This document shows, in pieces, positions 1-9,549 of a stretch of DNA of 32,000 nucleotides. Both the position numbers and the translations under genes were made by a program. Under the pieces are notes generated by a model. The model did no database searches and was not told the origin of the DNA. It was given only the letters and a program-made list of their open reading frames with translations. Each line of letters starts with the position of its first letter. Within the stretch, counting starts at the first letter, position 1. Source of the DNA: Okeania sp. (GTDB lineage Bacteria > Cyanobacteriota > Cyanobacteriia > Cyanobacteriales > Microcoleaceae); assembly GCF_035285525.1 (NCBI RefSeq), contig NZ_JAYKGW010000235.1:1-32000 (forward strand), in the 5' to 3' direction.

Positions 1-96
1 AAGGAGGGCAAGGAGGGCAAGGAGGGCAAGGAGGGCAAGGAGGGCAAGGAGGGCAAGGAGGGCAAGGAGGGCAAGGAGGGCAAGGAGGGCAAGGGA
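1..96. repeat. Tandem nonamer array (AAGGAGGGC)x10; runs off the left window edge
   Basis: Ten perfect 9-bp units at 1-90 plus a partial unit. The rotated unit GGAGGGCAA is 8/9 identical to the reverse complement (GGAGGACAA) of the main unit of the 632-993 array, so the two arrays are inverted relative to each other. Confidence 0.95.
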
Positions 97-188
97 GAAA
101 AAAAGCTAATGCAGAGTTTTAGGCGTGTTAGTCTACTACATGAACTTTTTGAGGGTTATAGTTATAGATATTTGTGATGTAACGTAGC

Positions 189-584
189 TCAACCAATTAA
201 CCAATTTTCTGGACTATTAATCATTTTAACTAATCCGCTCAAAACTTGATTATATGTATGAAATAATTCTCTTCCTTGTTCTATAGACATATAACCACAT
301 TTAACAGCAAACTTCAGCCAAACTTGGCTTTCTGCGCTTTCTGCTTCACAATCACTTAATTTAGCTACAAATGCTGCTTTATATCTTCTCTTTCTCCAAG
401 CTTCTGCAAAATTTGCACAAACTGAGCGAGAAGAACGACGAATTTGATCTGTTAAAGAATATCTCTCTTCCACAGGAAACTTTTTTGATACCTCAAAAAT
501 TGTCATAGCTGCACCAAATGCTTTTCGATAAATAACTAAATCTTCGTGAGTTGTAATTTTCTTTGTTTCTGCTCCCTTATCCAC
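189..584 (-). CDS. Four-helix-bundle protein (23S rRNA intervening-sequence protein family, Avd-like)
   Basis: 131 aa. Family-typical pattern: FP..ERYSLTDQIRRSSRSVCANFAEAW.KR..K..F..KL....AE..E...WL..A..CGY. ATG start. Confidence 0.8.
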   Translation of the reverse strand: MDKGAETKKITTHEDLVIYRKAFGAAMTIFEVSKKFPVEERYSLTDQIRRSSRSVCANFAEAWRKRRYKAAFVAKLSDCEAESAESQVWLKFAVKCGYMSIEQGRELFHTYNQVLSGLVKMINSPENWLIG

Positions 585-631
585 TTTCCCTCCAGTTGTT
601 AAGTTTTACCATCTTAATCCACTTTATCTCC

Positions 632-993
632 CTTATCCCCCTTGTTCTCCCTGTCTCCCTTGTTCTCCCTGTCTCCCTTGTTCTCCCTGTCTCCCTTGTC
701 CTCCTCATCCTCCTCATCCTCCTCATCCTCCTTGTCCTCCCTGTCTCCCTTGTCCTCCTTGTCTTCCCTTGTCCTCCTTGTCCTCCTTGTCTTCCCTTGT
801 CCTCCTTGTCCTCCCTGTCTCCCTTGTCCTCCCTGTCTCCCTTGTCCTCCCTGTCTCCCTTGTCCTCCTTGTTCTCCCTGTCTCCCTTGTCCTCCTTGTC
901 CCCCTTGTCCTCCCTGTCTCCCTTGTCCTCCTTGTCCTCCTTGTCCTCCCTGTCTCCCTTGTCCTCCTTGTCCCCCTTGTCCTCCCTGTCTCC
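632..993. repeat. Tandem nonamer array, about 39 units (TTGTCCTCC / CTGTCTCCC / TCATCCTCC) with occasional 10-mers
   Basis: Direct reading. It fills exactly the space between the recG stop (994-996) and the start of the four-helix-bundle gene. The three overlapping plus-strand ORFs (563-1041) are translation artefacts of the repeat. Confidence 0.95.
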
Positions 994-3477
994 CTAATTC
1001 AAAATAGAACCTCCCATCATTTTCTCATATCGCAACTCTAACTCCCTCTTCAACAAAGGTAAACTATGCAAAGTTTCATCTTTCTCCATCACCCGAAAAG
1101 CAGCACCCCGCGCCAACTCCAAAACCTCCTGATCTTCGACCAAACTCGCTAAAGCAAAATCGGGCAACCCCGACTGTTTCGTTCCCAAAACCTGCCCAGG
1201 ACCACGCAAACGCATATCCATCTCGGCAATAAAAAATCCATCTTGAGACTGCTCCAAAACACTCAATCTTTCCACAGCATCGGTGGAACCTGCACCTCTC
1301 ATTAATAAACAATAAGACTTATGAATACCACGCCCTACTCTTCCCCGCAACTGGTGTAACTGAGATAAACCAAATCTTTCGGCATTTTCAATTAACATTA
1401 CCGTCGCATTCGGAACATCTACCCCCACTTCCACCACAGTTGTAGATACTAATATCTGAGTTTCATTATTCCGAAATGTACTAATAGTTTGCTCTTTTTC
1501 GGCACTACTCATTCTGCCATGAAGTAAACCTATTTGAAACTCTGGAAAAACTTTTTCTGCTAATTTTTGATGTTCTTCTACCGCAGATTTAACATCCAAT
1601 TTTTCGGACTCTTCAACTAAGGGTAAAACGATATAAACTTGTCTACCTTGAACAATTTCTCGGCGGATTAAATCATAAGCTTTTTTACGTTGTCTGCCAG
1701 TTAAAGTTGTAGTTTGAATTGGTTGTCTTCCTGGTGGAAGTTCGTCTATTTGACTAACATCTAAATCTCCATGTAATGTCAAAGCTAATGTTCTAGGAAT
1801 GGGAGTTGCTGTCATAGCTAAAAAGTGAGGAGATTCACCTTTTTGTTGTAATTTTGCTCTTTGTTGCACCCCAAATCTGTGTTGTTCATCTATTACTACT
1901 AAACCTAATTTATGAAAATTTACTGCATCTTGAATTAGAGCATGAGTACCGACTAAAACAGGCAATTCTCCAGTCTCCAGTTGAGCATGAATTTCTCGAC
2001 GCTTTGCTATTTTTGTGGAACCAGTTAATAATTCCACAGGCAAATGTAAGAGATTAAACCAACTAACTAATTTCCGATAATGTTGTTCTGCTAATACTTC
2101 TGTCGGTGCCATTAAAGCAGCTTGATAACCAACTTGAATAGCTGCTAACATAGCTACAACTGCTACTACTGTTTTTCCAGCTCCCACATCTCCCTGTACT
2201 AATCTTTTCATTGGTTCGGGTTTTTGTAAGTCGTTAATAATTTCATTAACTACTCTATTTTGAGCATTAGTTAATTGAAATGGTAGTAGTTCATAGAATT
2301 TATTAATCAGTTCTCCAGTCACAGGTAAAGCTATTCCTATTTCTGTAGTTTTTTGCATTTGCCGACGTTTTAATAAACCTAATTGTAAGTAGAAAAATTC
2401 ATCAAAAACTAACCGCCGACGAGCTGCTGCTAAACAATCTCTATCTATAGGAAAATGAATATTTTTAACAGCATTTTTTAAGTCTATTAATTGATATTGA
2501 TTCAGAAAACTTTCGGGCAATGTTTCTGACAAATTTTCTGCTGCTGGTAAAACAGCAACCATTGCTTTTCTGACAACATCCGCTCCGACTCCATCCGTTA
2601 AAGGATAAACTGGTACTAAACGACCAATTTTCATAGATTCAATTTGACCACCTTCACTATCAAGAACTTCAATTTCTGGATTATCTAAATTCTTCCCATA
2701 TTTGTTTTCTTTTACTAAACCTGAAGCAGCAACAGTTGCACCGACTGGATAGAATTTTTTTTGCATCATTTGCCAACCTTTATTACTAAATCTAGGTCCG
2801 GCAAAAAAGCGACTAATTTTAATTTGCCCTGTGGCATCGGTAATAGTAAGTTCAAGAATAGTTAATTTCTTATTTTTCGGACTAGAAAAACAATTAAACC
2901 TTTTGATTTTGCCAATAATAGTAACAGTTTCTCCCGCTTCCAAATCCCGAATATTAACTTGCCGAGCATAATCAATATGATCTCTAGGATAATAATAAAG
3001 TAAATCTCTAACTGTAAATAAACCTAAACTTTTCAAGCGATCGCTATTTTTAATTCCGATACCTTTGACATCTTTAAGAAGCTGTTGTAATTCAAAATTA
3101 TTAGTATATCTTTGGGAAAAATTGGAATTATTTTGCTGTATTTTGGCAGTGACTTCTAATGAATTTAATTCTGATATGTTTGTTTCTTTTTTCGTTGTCC
3201 ATAAATATTGCATTTTATTTAAAAAATGCCTAGTTTTCTCCACTAAAAATTCTCGTTCCTCCCTAGTCATTCCTGGATAAGAAGTAAACTTTTGAGATAA
3301 TTCCTGAAATTGATTCTGATAAACTTGTAATATTATTGGTACTTGACTTAAACTAATACTCAAAAAATCATTAAAAATATATTGTCTACCTTGGATATTT
3401 TGAAATCCACGTTCTGCTTCTACCAACAAAGCTTTTTTAAGTCTTTCCCAATCTATCGTTTCATTTTCATTATTCAT
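994..3477 (-). CDS. recG: ATP-dependent DNA helicase RecG
   Basis: 827 aa. Wedge/OB region followed by an SF2 helicase: Walker A GDVGAGKT, DEQHRFG, TATPIPRT, QLHQLRGRVGRG. Confidence 0.93.
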   Translation of the reverse strand: MNNENETIDWERLKKALLVEAERGFQNIQGRQYIFNDFLSISLSQVPIILQVYQNQFQELSQKFTSYPGMTREEREFLVEKTRHFLNKMQYLWTTKKETNISELNSLEVTAKIQQNNSNFSQRYTNNFELQQLLKDVKGIGIKNSDRLKSLGLFTVRDLLYYYPRDHIDYARQVNIRDLEAGETVTIIGKIKRFNCFSSPKNKKLTILELTITDATGQIKISRFFAGPRFSNKGWQMMQKKFYPVGATVAASGLVKENKYGKNLDNPEIEVLDSEGGQIESMKIGRLVPVYPLTDGVGADVVRKAMVAVLPAAENLSETLPESFLNQYQLIDLKNAVKNIHFPIDRDCLAAARRRLVFDEFFYLQLGLLKRRQMQKTTEIGIALPVTGELINKFYELLPFQLTNAQNRVVNEIINDLQKPEPMKRLVQGDVGAGKTVVAVVAMLAAIQVGYQAALMAPTEVLAEQHYRKLVSWFNLLHLPVELLTGSTKIAKRREIHAQLETGELPVLVGTHALIQDAVNFHKLGLVVIDEQHRFGVQQRAKLQQKGESPHFLAMTATPIPRTLALTLHGDLDVSQIDELPPGRQPIQTTTLTGRQRKKAYDLIRREIVQGRQVYIVLPLVEESEKLDVKSAVEEHQKLAEKVFPEFQIGLLHGRMSSAEKEQTISTFRNNETQILVSTTVVEVGVDVPNATVMLIENAERFGLSQLHQLRGRVGRGIHKSYCLLMRGAGSTDAVERLSVLEQSQDGFFIAEMDMRLRGPGQVLGTKQSGLPDFALASLVEDQEVLELARGAAFRVMEKDETLHSLPLLKRELELRYEKMMGGSILN

Positions 3478-3517
3478 ATATTTGTTTTAATTTTAGATAA
3501 AAGCTTTATTAACTGAA

Positions 3518-3578
3518 GAGTACAAATTTAGAACTTAGAATTTAGAATTTAGAATGGGAGAGTACAAATTTAGAACTT
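3518..3578. repeat. Direct repeat GAGTACAAATTTAGAACTTA x2 separated by TTAGAAT heptamers
   Basis: Copies at 3518-3537 and 3559-3578. The motif TAGAATGGGAGAGTA recurs near 3716-3734 and, inverted, near 30886-30905. Confidence 0.8.
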
Positions 3579-3884
3579 ATAGCAATGTGCGCACTTAATA
3601 TTTACAAATTCCCGGAGATGCCCAATAGGTAAAAACCTTATATTATAAGCTATTCATTCTTCCTCCATACCTGTTTCCTGTTGCCTGTTCCCTAAAAGCA
3701 GCGCTATAGAATTTATAATTTAGAATGGGAGAGTATTATTGGAAAAAGCTTACAGCACCTGATTGAAGTGTTCACCATTTACTGGAAGCTCTGATTGACT
3801 CATAATCCTACTTTATCCTAGTTTGTTTTTTTGTCAAGCGAACCAATATTCTTGAATTTCCTTCTAAGAATCCTTACTTCTTCC

Positions 3885-4901
3885 TTAATCTTCATACCAA
3901 CTTGATCGCCATGCAGACTCAGCTTCCATAACAGCTAGTTCCCGTTGCTTTTTATGATATTCTCGTTGTAGTTGACTAACCTTTCCTAAAAGACTACGAA
4001 CTTTCTTCCGCCAACTTGCCACATTAATATCAGTAAATTCTATCTCAGATAACTGTAGATTTATTGCCATCATCCGAGTAATTTTATCATCATCATCATC
4101 ATCATCAGCATCTTCTGCTTGAATCAACAAATTTAAGATATGAGGCCGCCCACCCACAGGAGAATCAGCAGATTCCATTTTGGTCGCAGCTTCTAAAACT
4201 TTTGCTGGGATTTTTTTCGGTAATATTTCTACTTTCTGAAGTATACAATTTGTCAAATGAGAAAGCTTTTTCAAAATTACTGGTATTTGCTCTTCTATAT
4301 TTTCTTGCCAACTAATTAATGTATCAATATCGCTCAATTTATCAATTATATCTTCCGGAGAAATTTTGATTTTTTCTCCCTCAGTTTCATTTGCTTTCTC
4401 TTCTTCTTTCTCTTCTGCTTCTTGATCCTGAGAATCTGTTTTAGGTTGTGCAGATATTTTACTAGCAAATAATTCAGAAGAATCAAACTCTATAGTTTCT
4501 TTTTTCTCTTTTACTTTAGGTTCTACTTGATCTTTTTGCTTCTCTTCCTCATTCAAAAGAATCTTCATTAATTCTGCAAAAGAACTATCATTAGACTTTG
4601 GTTTCGACTCTGGATTTCTATTTAATAACTTTTGTAATTCTTGAGCTGCAAACTTAGACTTTTCTCGCAACTCTTCCTGCATTTTTTGTCGCTGAGAAAA
4701 CGATAACTTGAGAAATTCTTGTGGATATCCCTGAGTACATATATGATAACTAGCCAAAATTAATTGTTGGCGCATCCCTTGCCCCAAAACTTGTAAATAG
4801 CCTTGATATGTGGTATATACTTCCTGGGCCATATCAGCGATCGCCTCTTCAATTCTTTGTAAATCTTGTTCTATTTCTGTGATAACTCCCACTATTCCCA
4901 A
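3885..4901 (-). CDS. Conserved-looking hypothetical protein with an acidic, low-complexity centre
   Basis: 338-aa ORF with a structured N-terminus (QGYLQVLGQGMRQQLILASYHICTQGYP) and C-terminus (WRKKVRSLLGKVSQLQREYHKKQRELA). The start is uncertain: TTG at 4901, first ATG at 4832. It contains an (ATC)7 run encoding poly-Asp. Confidence 0.6.
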   Translation of the reverse strand: MGIVGVITEIEQDLQRIEEAIADMAQEVYTTYQGYLQVLGQGMRQQLILASYHICTQGYPQEFLKLSFSQRQKMQEELREKSKFAAQELQKLLNRNPESKPKSNDSSFAELMKILLNEEEKQKDQVEPKVKEKKETIEFDSSELFASKISAQPKTDSQDQEAEEKEEEKANETEGEKIKISPEDIIDKLSDIDTLISWQENIEEQIPVILKKLSHLTNCILQKVEILPKKIPAKVLEAATKMESADSPVGGRPHILNLLIQAEDADDDDDDDKITRMMAINLQLSEIEFTDINVASWRKKVRSLLGKVSQLQREYHKKQRELAVMEAESAWRSSWYED

Positions 4902-4945
4902 ATATCTCTAAAATAAATATATTCTCAATTTAAAATAAATCTAAC

Positions 4946-4983
4946 CATTTCCTGCGGAATGCGCTCGCATTCAGCATTCAGCT
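4946..4983. repeat. Copy of the dispersed hairpin repeat family (GCATTTCC-TGCGGAATGC...CATTCAGC)
   Basis: CATTTCCTGCGGAATGCGCTCGCATTCAGCATTCAGC; related copies are listed below. Confidence 0.7.
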
Positions 4984-5542
4984 TTATTACTTAACTCTAG
5001 TTGATATAGCAGTCCTTTAATTTTATCTCCCTTTGTAAGCTATACTTTATAAACATCTTTGCTTAACATAAAACTTGGGTATTAATGACAAGTTATGTGT
5101 AAGTCTGGGAGTGGCTTTTTGGCTTTTTTGGCAAAAAAATGTATTTTTTTATACATTTTCCTGGGATTATTTAAGTATTTTCACTTACCTAGCATAATTG
5201 TTTCTCCCTTCTCCCCTTAATCCCTGTTCCCCCTTCCCCTCCTGGGAGGGGCTAGGGGTTTGCCCCACAACTGTTTCAGGAGTTCCTAATCGGGGATAGC
5301 TTTGTAAGCGTAGCAACCTTCAAAGTACCCCTTTCAAAGGGGTATTTAGGGGGATTTGCCATACACTTTATAACTGTAGGAATTGCTATAACTAAACTAG
5401 AGTTACTTATACTTGTTCTTGTACTTTAATTCTATGGTTTAAAATCTAGTATAAATTAAGCTAATTTTTACTTCATTTAAACCCCACTTTTAAAGGCTTA
5501 TTAAAAAGCTGTTTGGTGACTGCTAATAGCTAAATGCTGAGA

Positions 5543-6202
5543 TTATTTTTGTCCTGTTTGTGCTGCTACTTCTTCAGCAAAATTACTTTCTTTTACCTCA
5601 ATACCTTCTCCCAAAACAAACCTAATAAAACGACGAACTTTTACCTTTTCACCCAACTGAGCGCTAGTCTCCTTAATCAACTCTGCCACCGTTTTATTTT
5701 GGTCACGGATAAAAGGTTGATCCATCAAAGTTAATTCTTTTAACCGCTTTTCTATACGACCTTGAACAATTTTTTCCCTAATATTTTCAGGTTTATTGCT
5801 CAAGTCTTCCCTACCCATTTCTATAGATTTTTCACTTTCTACAAATTCAGTTGGAACATCATCAACCGATACATATTCTACCTGTGGACAAGCGGCTATT
5901 TGCATAGCAACATTCTTAACTAATTCTTTAAAAGCCTCATTTCTGGCCACAAAATCAGTTTGACAGTTGACTTCTACTAAAACACCTATTCTGCCACCTG
6001 TATGAATATAACTCTCAACCAGTCCTTCTGCTGCTACTTTACCCTCAAGTTTTCCAGCAGAAGCAATACCTTTTTGTCTGAGCCATTCTGTAGCTTTATT
6101 AATATCGCCATCATTTTCTTTTAGGGCTTTTTTACAGTCCATCATACCTGCGCCTGTTTGTTCGCGCAACTCTTTCACCAACTTTGCAGATATTTCCGCC
6201 AT
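5543..6202 (-). CDS. tsf: Translation elongation factor Ts
   Basis: 219 aa. N-terminal UBA-like [19 protein letters not shown]. Located downstream of rpsB, the classic rpsB-tsf pair. Confidence 0.95.
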   Translation of the reverse strand: MAEISAKLVKELREQTGAGMMDCKKALKENDGDINKATEWLRQKGIASAGKLEGKVAAEGLVESYIHTGGRIGVLVEVNCQTDFVARNEAFKELVKNVAMQIAACPQVEYVSVDDVPTEFVESEKSIEMGREDLSNKPENIREKIVQGRIEKRLKELTLMDQPFIRDQNKTVAELIKETSAQLGEKVKVRRFIRFVLGEGIEVKESNFAEEVAAQTGQK

Positions 6203-6425
6203 CTTTTTTTTTCCTTTTGTATTTGAGTTTTAGTACAATGCCATTTTAGGAGATAATCCTAACTTTATTTTTTTAACTTTCAGATAGAACTTTTAGAAAA
6301 AATTCACACTATATTTTATCCCTAAAAATTCTACCTCTCCTATTCAACAATATTTTTTATATATTGATATATCGATAATGATGGAAATCTTAAACTTTGA
6401 AAAGACTTACCCATACAAACTCATA

Positions 6426-6486
6426 AACCCGGTTTCTCATAGATGTTTATTGTCAAAAACTAATGATTTACCCTAGAAACCGGGTT
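6426..6486. repeat. 12-bp perfect inverted repeat AACCCGGTTTCT / AGAAACCGGGTT with a 37-nt loop in the rpsB-tsf spacer
   Basis: Arms at 6426-6437 and 6475-6486 are exact reverse complements. Confidence 0.85.
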
Positions 6487-6595
6487 CCTCCCGTGTAAGT
6501 TCTGTTTAAGTAACCAGGAAACTTTTTGAATGCAAAAAGTCTTCTATCTATTACAAAAATAAGCAATCAAATAATTATCAATTATCAATTAATTA

Positions 6596-7414
6596 TTACT
6601 CTTCTTCTTGACTTTCCTCAGATGATTCCCCTATATTACTATTATCTATATCAAACTCTTCTTCAGCTCCCTCATAATCATCTTCATAATCTTCGTAATC
6701 TTCATAGTCTTCTTGATAGCTAGTTTCCAGTTGACCATGACGGCCCTCATAAATAGCATCAGCCAACTTACCCAATATAAGTTTAATTGACCGAATCGCA
6801 TCATCATTTGCCGGAATGGGAATATCAACTTGAGTCGGGTCACAATTTGTATCTAACAAAGACACAATCGGAATATTCAACTTCTGACATTCTTGAACAG
6901 CATTATATTCTCGTCGCTGGTCTACCATAATCACACCATCTGGGATACGACGCATATTTTTAATCCCACCCAGATATTTTTGTAGTTTAGCCATCTCACG
7001 ACGAAGCATAGAAGCTTCTTTTTTGGGCAACAAATCTAGTGCCCCATTTTCTTCACGACGCTCCAAGTCCTTCAATCTTTCTACACGAGTCTTAATCGTA
7101 GTCCAATTAGTTAGCATTCCACCTAACCAACGTTGGTTAATATAGAAAGCTCCACATCTAATAGCTTCTTGAGCAATAATACCAGCAGCTTGACGTTTTG
7201 TACCAACAAATAAAAATTTTTGCCCTTGTTCTGAGGCGGTTCTGATATAATGGTAAGCTTCATCCATTAATTGAGCTGTTTGAACCAGGTCAATAATATG
7301 AACACCATTACGCTCAGTAAAAATATACTGGGACATTCTTGGGTTCCAGCGACGGGTCTGATGCCCAAAGTGGACTCCTGACTCTAATAATTGAGCCAAA
7401 CTAACAACTGGCAT
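6596..7414 (-). CDS. rpsB: 30S ribosomal protein S2 with an acidic C-terminal extension
   Basis: 272 aa. [13 protein letters not shown] and [11 protein letters not shown] motifs. The tail is [21 protein letters not shown]...SQEEE. Confidence 0.95.
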   Translation of the reverse strand: MPVVSLAQLLESGVHFGHQTRRWNPRMSQYIFTERNGVHIIDLVQTAQLMDEAYHYIRTASEQGQKFLFVGTKRQAAGIIAQEAIRCGAFYINQRWLGGMLTNWTTIKTRVERLKDLERREENGALDLLPKKEASMLRREMAKLQKYLGGIKNMRRIPDGVIMVDQRREYNAVQECQKLNIPIVSLLDTNCDPTQVDIPIPANDDAIRSIKLILGKLADAIYEGRHGQLETSYQEDYEDYEDYEDDYEGAEEEFDIDNSNIGESSEESQEEE

Positions 7415-7656
7415 AATTTTATCTCCTATTCGGGTTAATCCTCCATCCAGATGTATTCCCAGAGATTAAAAATCTGTAGAACACCCGATTACCTAGATGT
7501 GCGATTTTAGACAACTTTTCCAGGATAGCATATAAATTGCCAAATAATTTAAAGAAATAAAAATGTAGTGGTTTGGTTTCTTTTCCCCAAGTCCAAGTAT
7601 GATTTAGCTTCTCAACCCCTACTTTCATTAATTATCAATTATCCATTATCCATTAA

Positions 7657-8322
7657 TTAAGGATGTATTTGCCCTAATATTATTTTTAAACGGTCATAAT
7701 CATCTCTCAACAAAACACTCATATTTCTACCTGCTTGAACTAACCAATTACGATCTGCTTTTCTAAGTTGATAAATCTCTCTAATAGTAGCTGCAACTAA
7801 AGCATCAACAGGAGCATTAGCTAACTGTAATAATGTTCGTAAAAAATCTAACTTTTCACTAAACCTAATTATTTCTTCTGGTTCGCACAAATAAACTGCT
7901 TGATGGATTTGAGGTGGACGAGGTGGAATATATTGATAAATTCTCCCATTTTCTGGTTTAGAACCATTAAAATTTTCGGGAGATAAAAAACCTACTATTG
8001 CTGCTCGAAATTCTGTCTTCAACATAGCAAAAATCTGTGGTTGTTGCTCTCGTAACTCAGGCAAAGACATTCCTAAAGCTCTAGCTCTATGTACTGAATC
8101 TATAGGTAAAGTAGTAGCATAATAAACTACTCCATAAATCATATTTCCAGATTGTTCATCTTGAGATTTTACCCAAGTACCAAAAGCCGGCATCATCGGA
8201 AAATCTAACTCTTCTGGTTCTAAACATTGAGCTAAAAATTCTGTAGTTGCTGTTTCTATGACTTCAGCTATGTAATTATTCTGAGGATTTGTATTAGAAA
8301 ATTGTGGTAAAGGAAGACGCAT
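7657..8322 (-). CDS. Hypothetical protein, function unknown
   Basis: 221-aa ORF with non-repetitive composition, co-directional with rpsB. No motif I can name with confidence. Confidence 0.6.
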   Translation of the reverse strand: MRLPLPQFSNTNPQNNYIAEVIETATTEFLAQCLEPEELDFPMMPAFGTWVKSQDEQSGNMIYGVVYYATTLPIDSVHRARALGMSLPELREQQPQIFAMLKTEFRAAIVGFLSPENFNGSKPENGRIYQYIPPRPPQIHQAVYLCEPEEIIRFSEKLDFLRTLLQLANAPVDALVAATIREIYQLRKADRNWLVQAGRNMSVLLRDDYDRLKIILGQIHP

Positions 8323-8375
8323 TATTTAGTTATCAGTTATCAGTTAGCTTTTAGTTAAATGGTATTTATTTTTTA

Positions 8376-8890
8376 GATAAACTACTATTTAACTAAAATT
8401 TCCCATCGGAATATTTCCTTGCTAAATGTCAAAAAGTTTATCTTCTGAATTAAGAATAATACTGAAAATTCAGTTTTCATCTGTCTGTTAGATTTTCTGA
8501 TTTATTCTTTCGATAAAACTATTATTTAAGCAAAATTTATTATCGGAAAATTTCCGGTTTCCCAGTCAAAAAGTTTATCTTCTGAATTAAGAATAATAAT
8601 TAAAATTCAGTTTTCATCTGTCTGTTAGATTTTCTGATTTATTTTTTCGATCAGACTATCATTTTACCTAAATTTACCATCAGAAAATTTTGGGCTTGAA
8701 AGTCAAACAGTTTACCTTTTGACTTCAGAATAATACTGAAAATTCAGTTCTCATCTGTCTGTTAGATTTTCTGATTTATTCTTTCGATAACTACCATTTT
8801 ACCTAAATTTACCTAAAGAAGATTTTGGGTTTCAAGGTCAAACAATTTACCTTTTGACTTCAGAATAATACTGAAAATTCAGTTCTAATC
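8376..8890. repeat. Tandem array, about 3.8 copies of a 135-137-bp unit
   Basis: Unit starts (GTCAAA...) at 8428, 8565, 8702 and 8837, with a partial unit tail at 8376-8427. The conserved core is AGAATAATACTGAAAATTCAGTTYTCATCTGTCTGTTAGATTTTCTGATTTATTCTTTCGAT. No ORF. Confidence 0.92.
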
Positions 8891-8950
8891 AAATAGAAAA
8901 ATTTCTAGCTTCAATCTAGAAGAAAACTTAATTTTTAGTCAACTGAAATA

Positions 8951-8986
8951 CTTGAAATTAGGAATCTACTTGAAATTAGGAATCTA
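8951..8986. repeat. 18-bp direct repeat CTTGAAATTAGGAATCTA x2
   Basis: Exact adjacent copies at 8951-8968 and 8969-8986. Confidence 0.9.
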
Positions 8987-9137
8987 GAAGTTTTCAAGTT
9001 GGGTTGTAAAATTTAACAGCTCAAACAAACTACGAAACTTTTGTTCTTTGCCTATTTCCTATTATCCTATTTGAATTTGATTCGGAAAAAATTACAAACT
9101 CCTAAAAATATTATTTTTCCTTCTTCCTTCTTCCTTC

Positions 9138-9332
9138 TTATTTTTTCTTCCGACCTGCTGTGGCATCAACTACCTCTAATTCTGATAATCTAAATGTTAC
9201 TAACTTATCCCAATTTCCACCTTCAAATAAAACAGCAGCTTTACCATCACTTATTCGTTGAACTTGCCCTTGGAAACCATAGTAAGTATCACCAATATTG
9301 TTAACTCTAACCGCTACACCAGGTAAAATCAT
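9138..9332 (-). CDS. ndhS: NAD(P)H-quinone oxidoreductase (NDH-1) subunit S
   Basis: 64 aa. SH3-like signature [37 protein letters not shown], typical of cyanobacterial NdhS. Confidence 0.85.
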   Translation of the reverse strand: MILPGVAVRVNNIGDTYYGFQGQVQRISDGKAAVLFEGGNWDKLVTFRLSELEVVDATAGRKKK

Positions 9333-9549
9333 TATCTTTAACTCCCATTAAAATATTTACTAAATTGTACTTGATAAAACTGTAATTTTTTTCTGGTAAC
9401 TTTTGGCAGTTTATCAGCAAAATTAATTGCTGAAAAATTAAATTATAAACCTTCCTGACTTATGGATAAAAAGACAAAAGATTAATTTTAGCCAATCCTT
9501 TTATTTATAAGAATAAATAATTATTAATTATTAATTATTCCCTGCCTTA

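Noticed and set aside
632-993. Minus-strand reading of the array as a collagen-like Gly-X-Y (GGQ/GRQ) protein or a recG read-through extension
   Set aside because: GGAGGATGA units introduce stops, 10-mer units break the triplet phase, no start codon is present, and the six-frame track reports no minus-strand ORF here.
563-1041. Three overlapping plus-strand ORFs (144, 121 and 90 aa) rich in Leu/Ser/Pro/Cys
   Set aside because: They are translations of the nonamer tandem array in three frames. They have no independent signal, and 10-mer units shift the frames.
7419-7628. 69-aa ORF between the 221-aa gene and rpsB
   Set aside because: It lies in the presumed rpsB promoter/leader, has no RBS or recognisable motif, and has a Lys/Phe-rich composition typical of AT-rich noncoding DNA.
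8376-8890. CRISPR array
   Set aside because: The whole 136-bp unit repeats, with no alternation of a short conserved repeat with unique spacers. No cas genes are in the window.
8376-8890. Confident identification as NsiR1
   Set aside because: Only the architecture matches my memory of NsiR1. A TCCGGA-like motif occurs in one unit only, and the neighbouring genes differ from the hetF context I recall. It is kept as a hypothesis, not a call.
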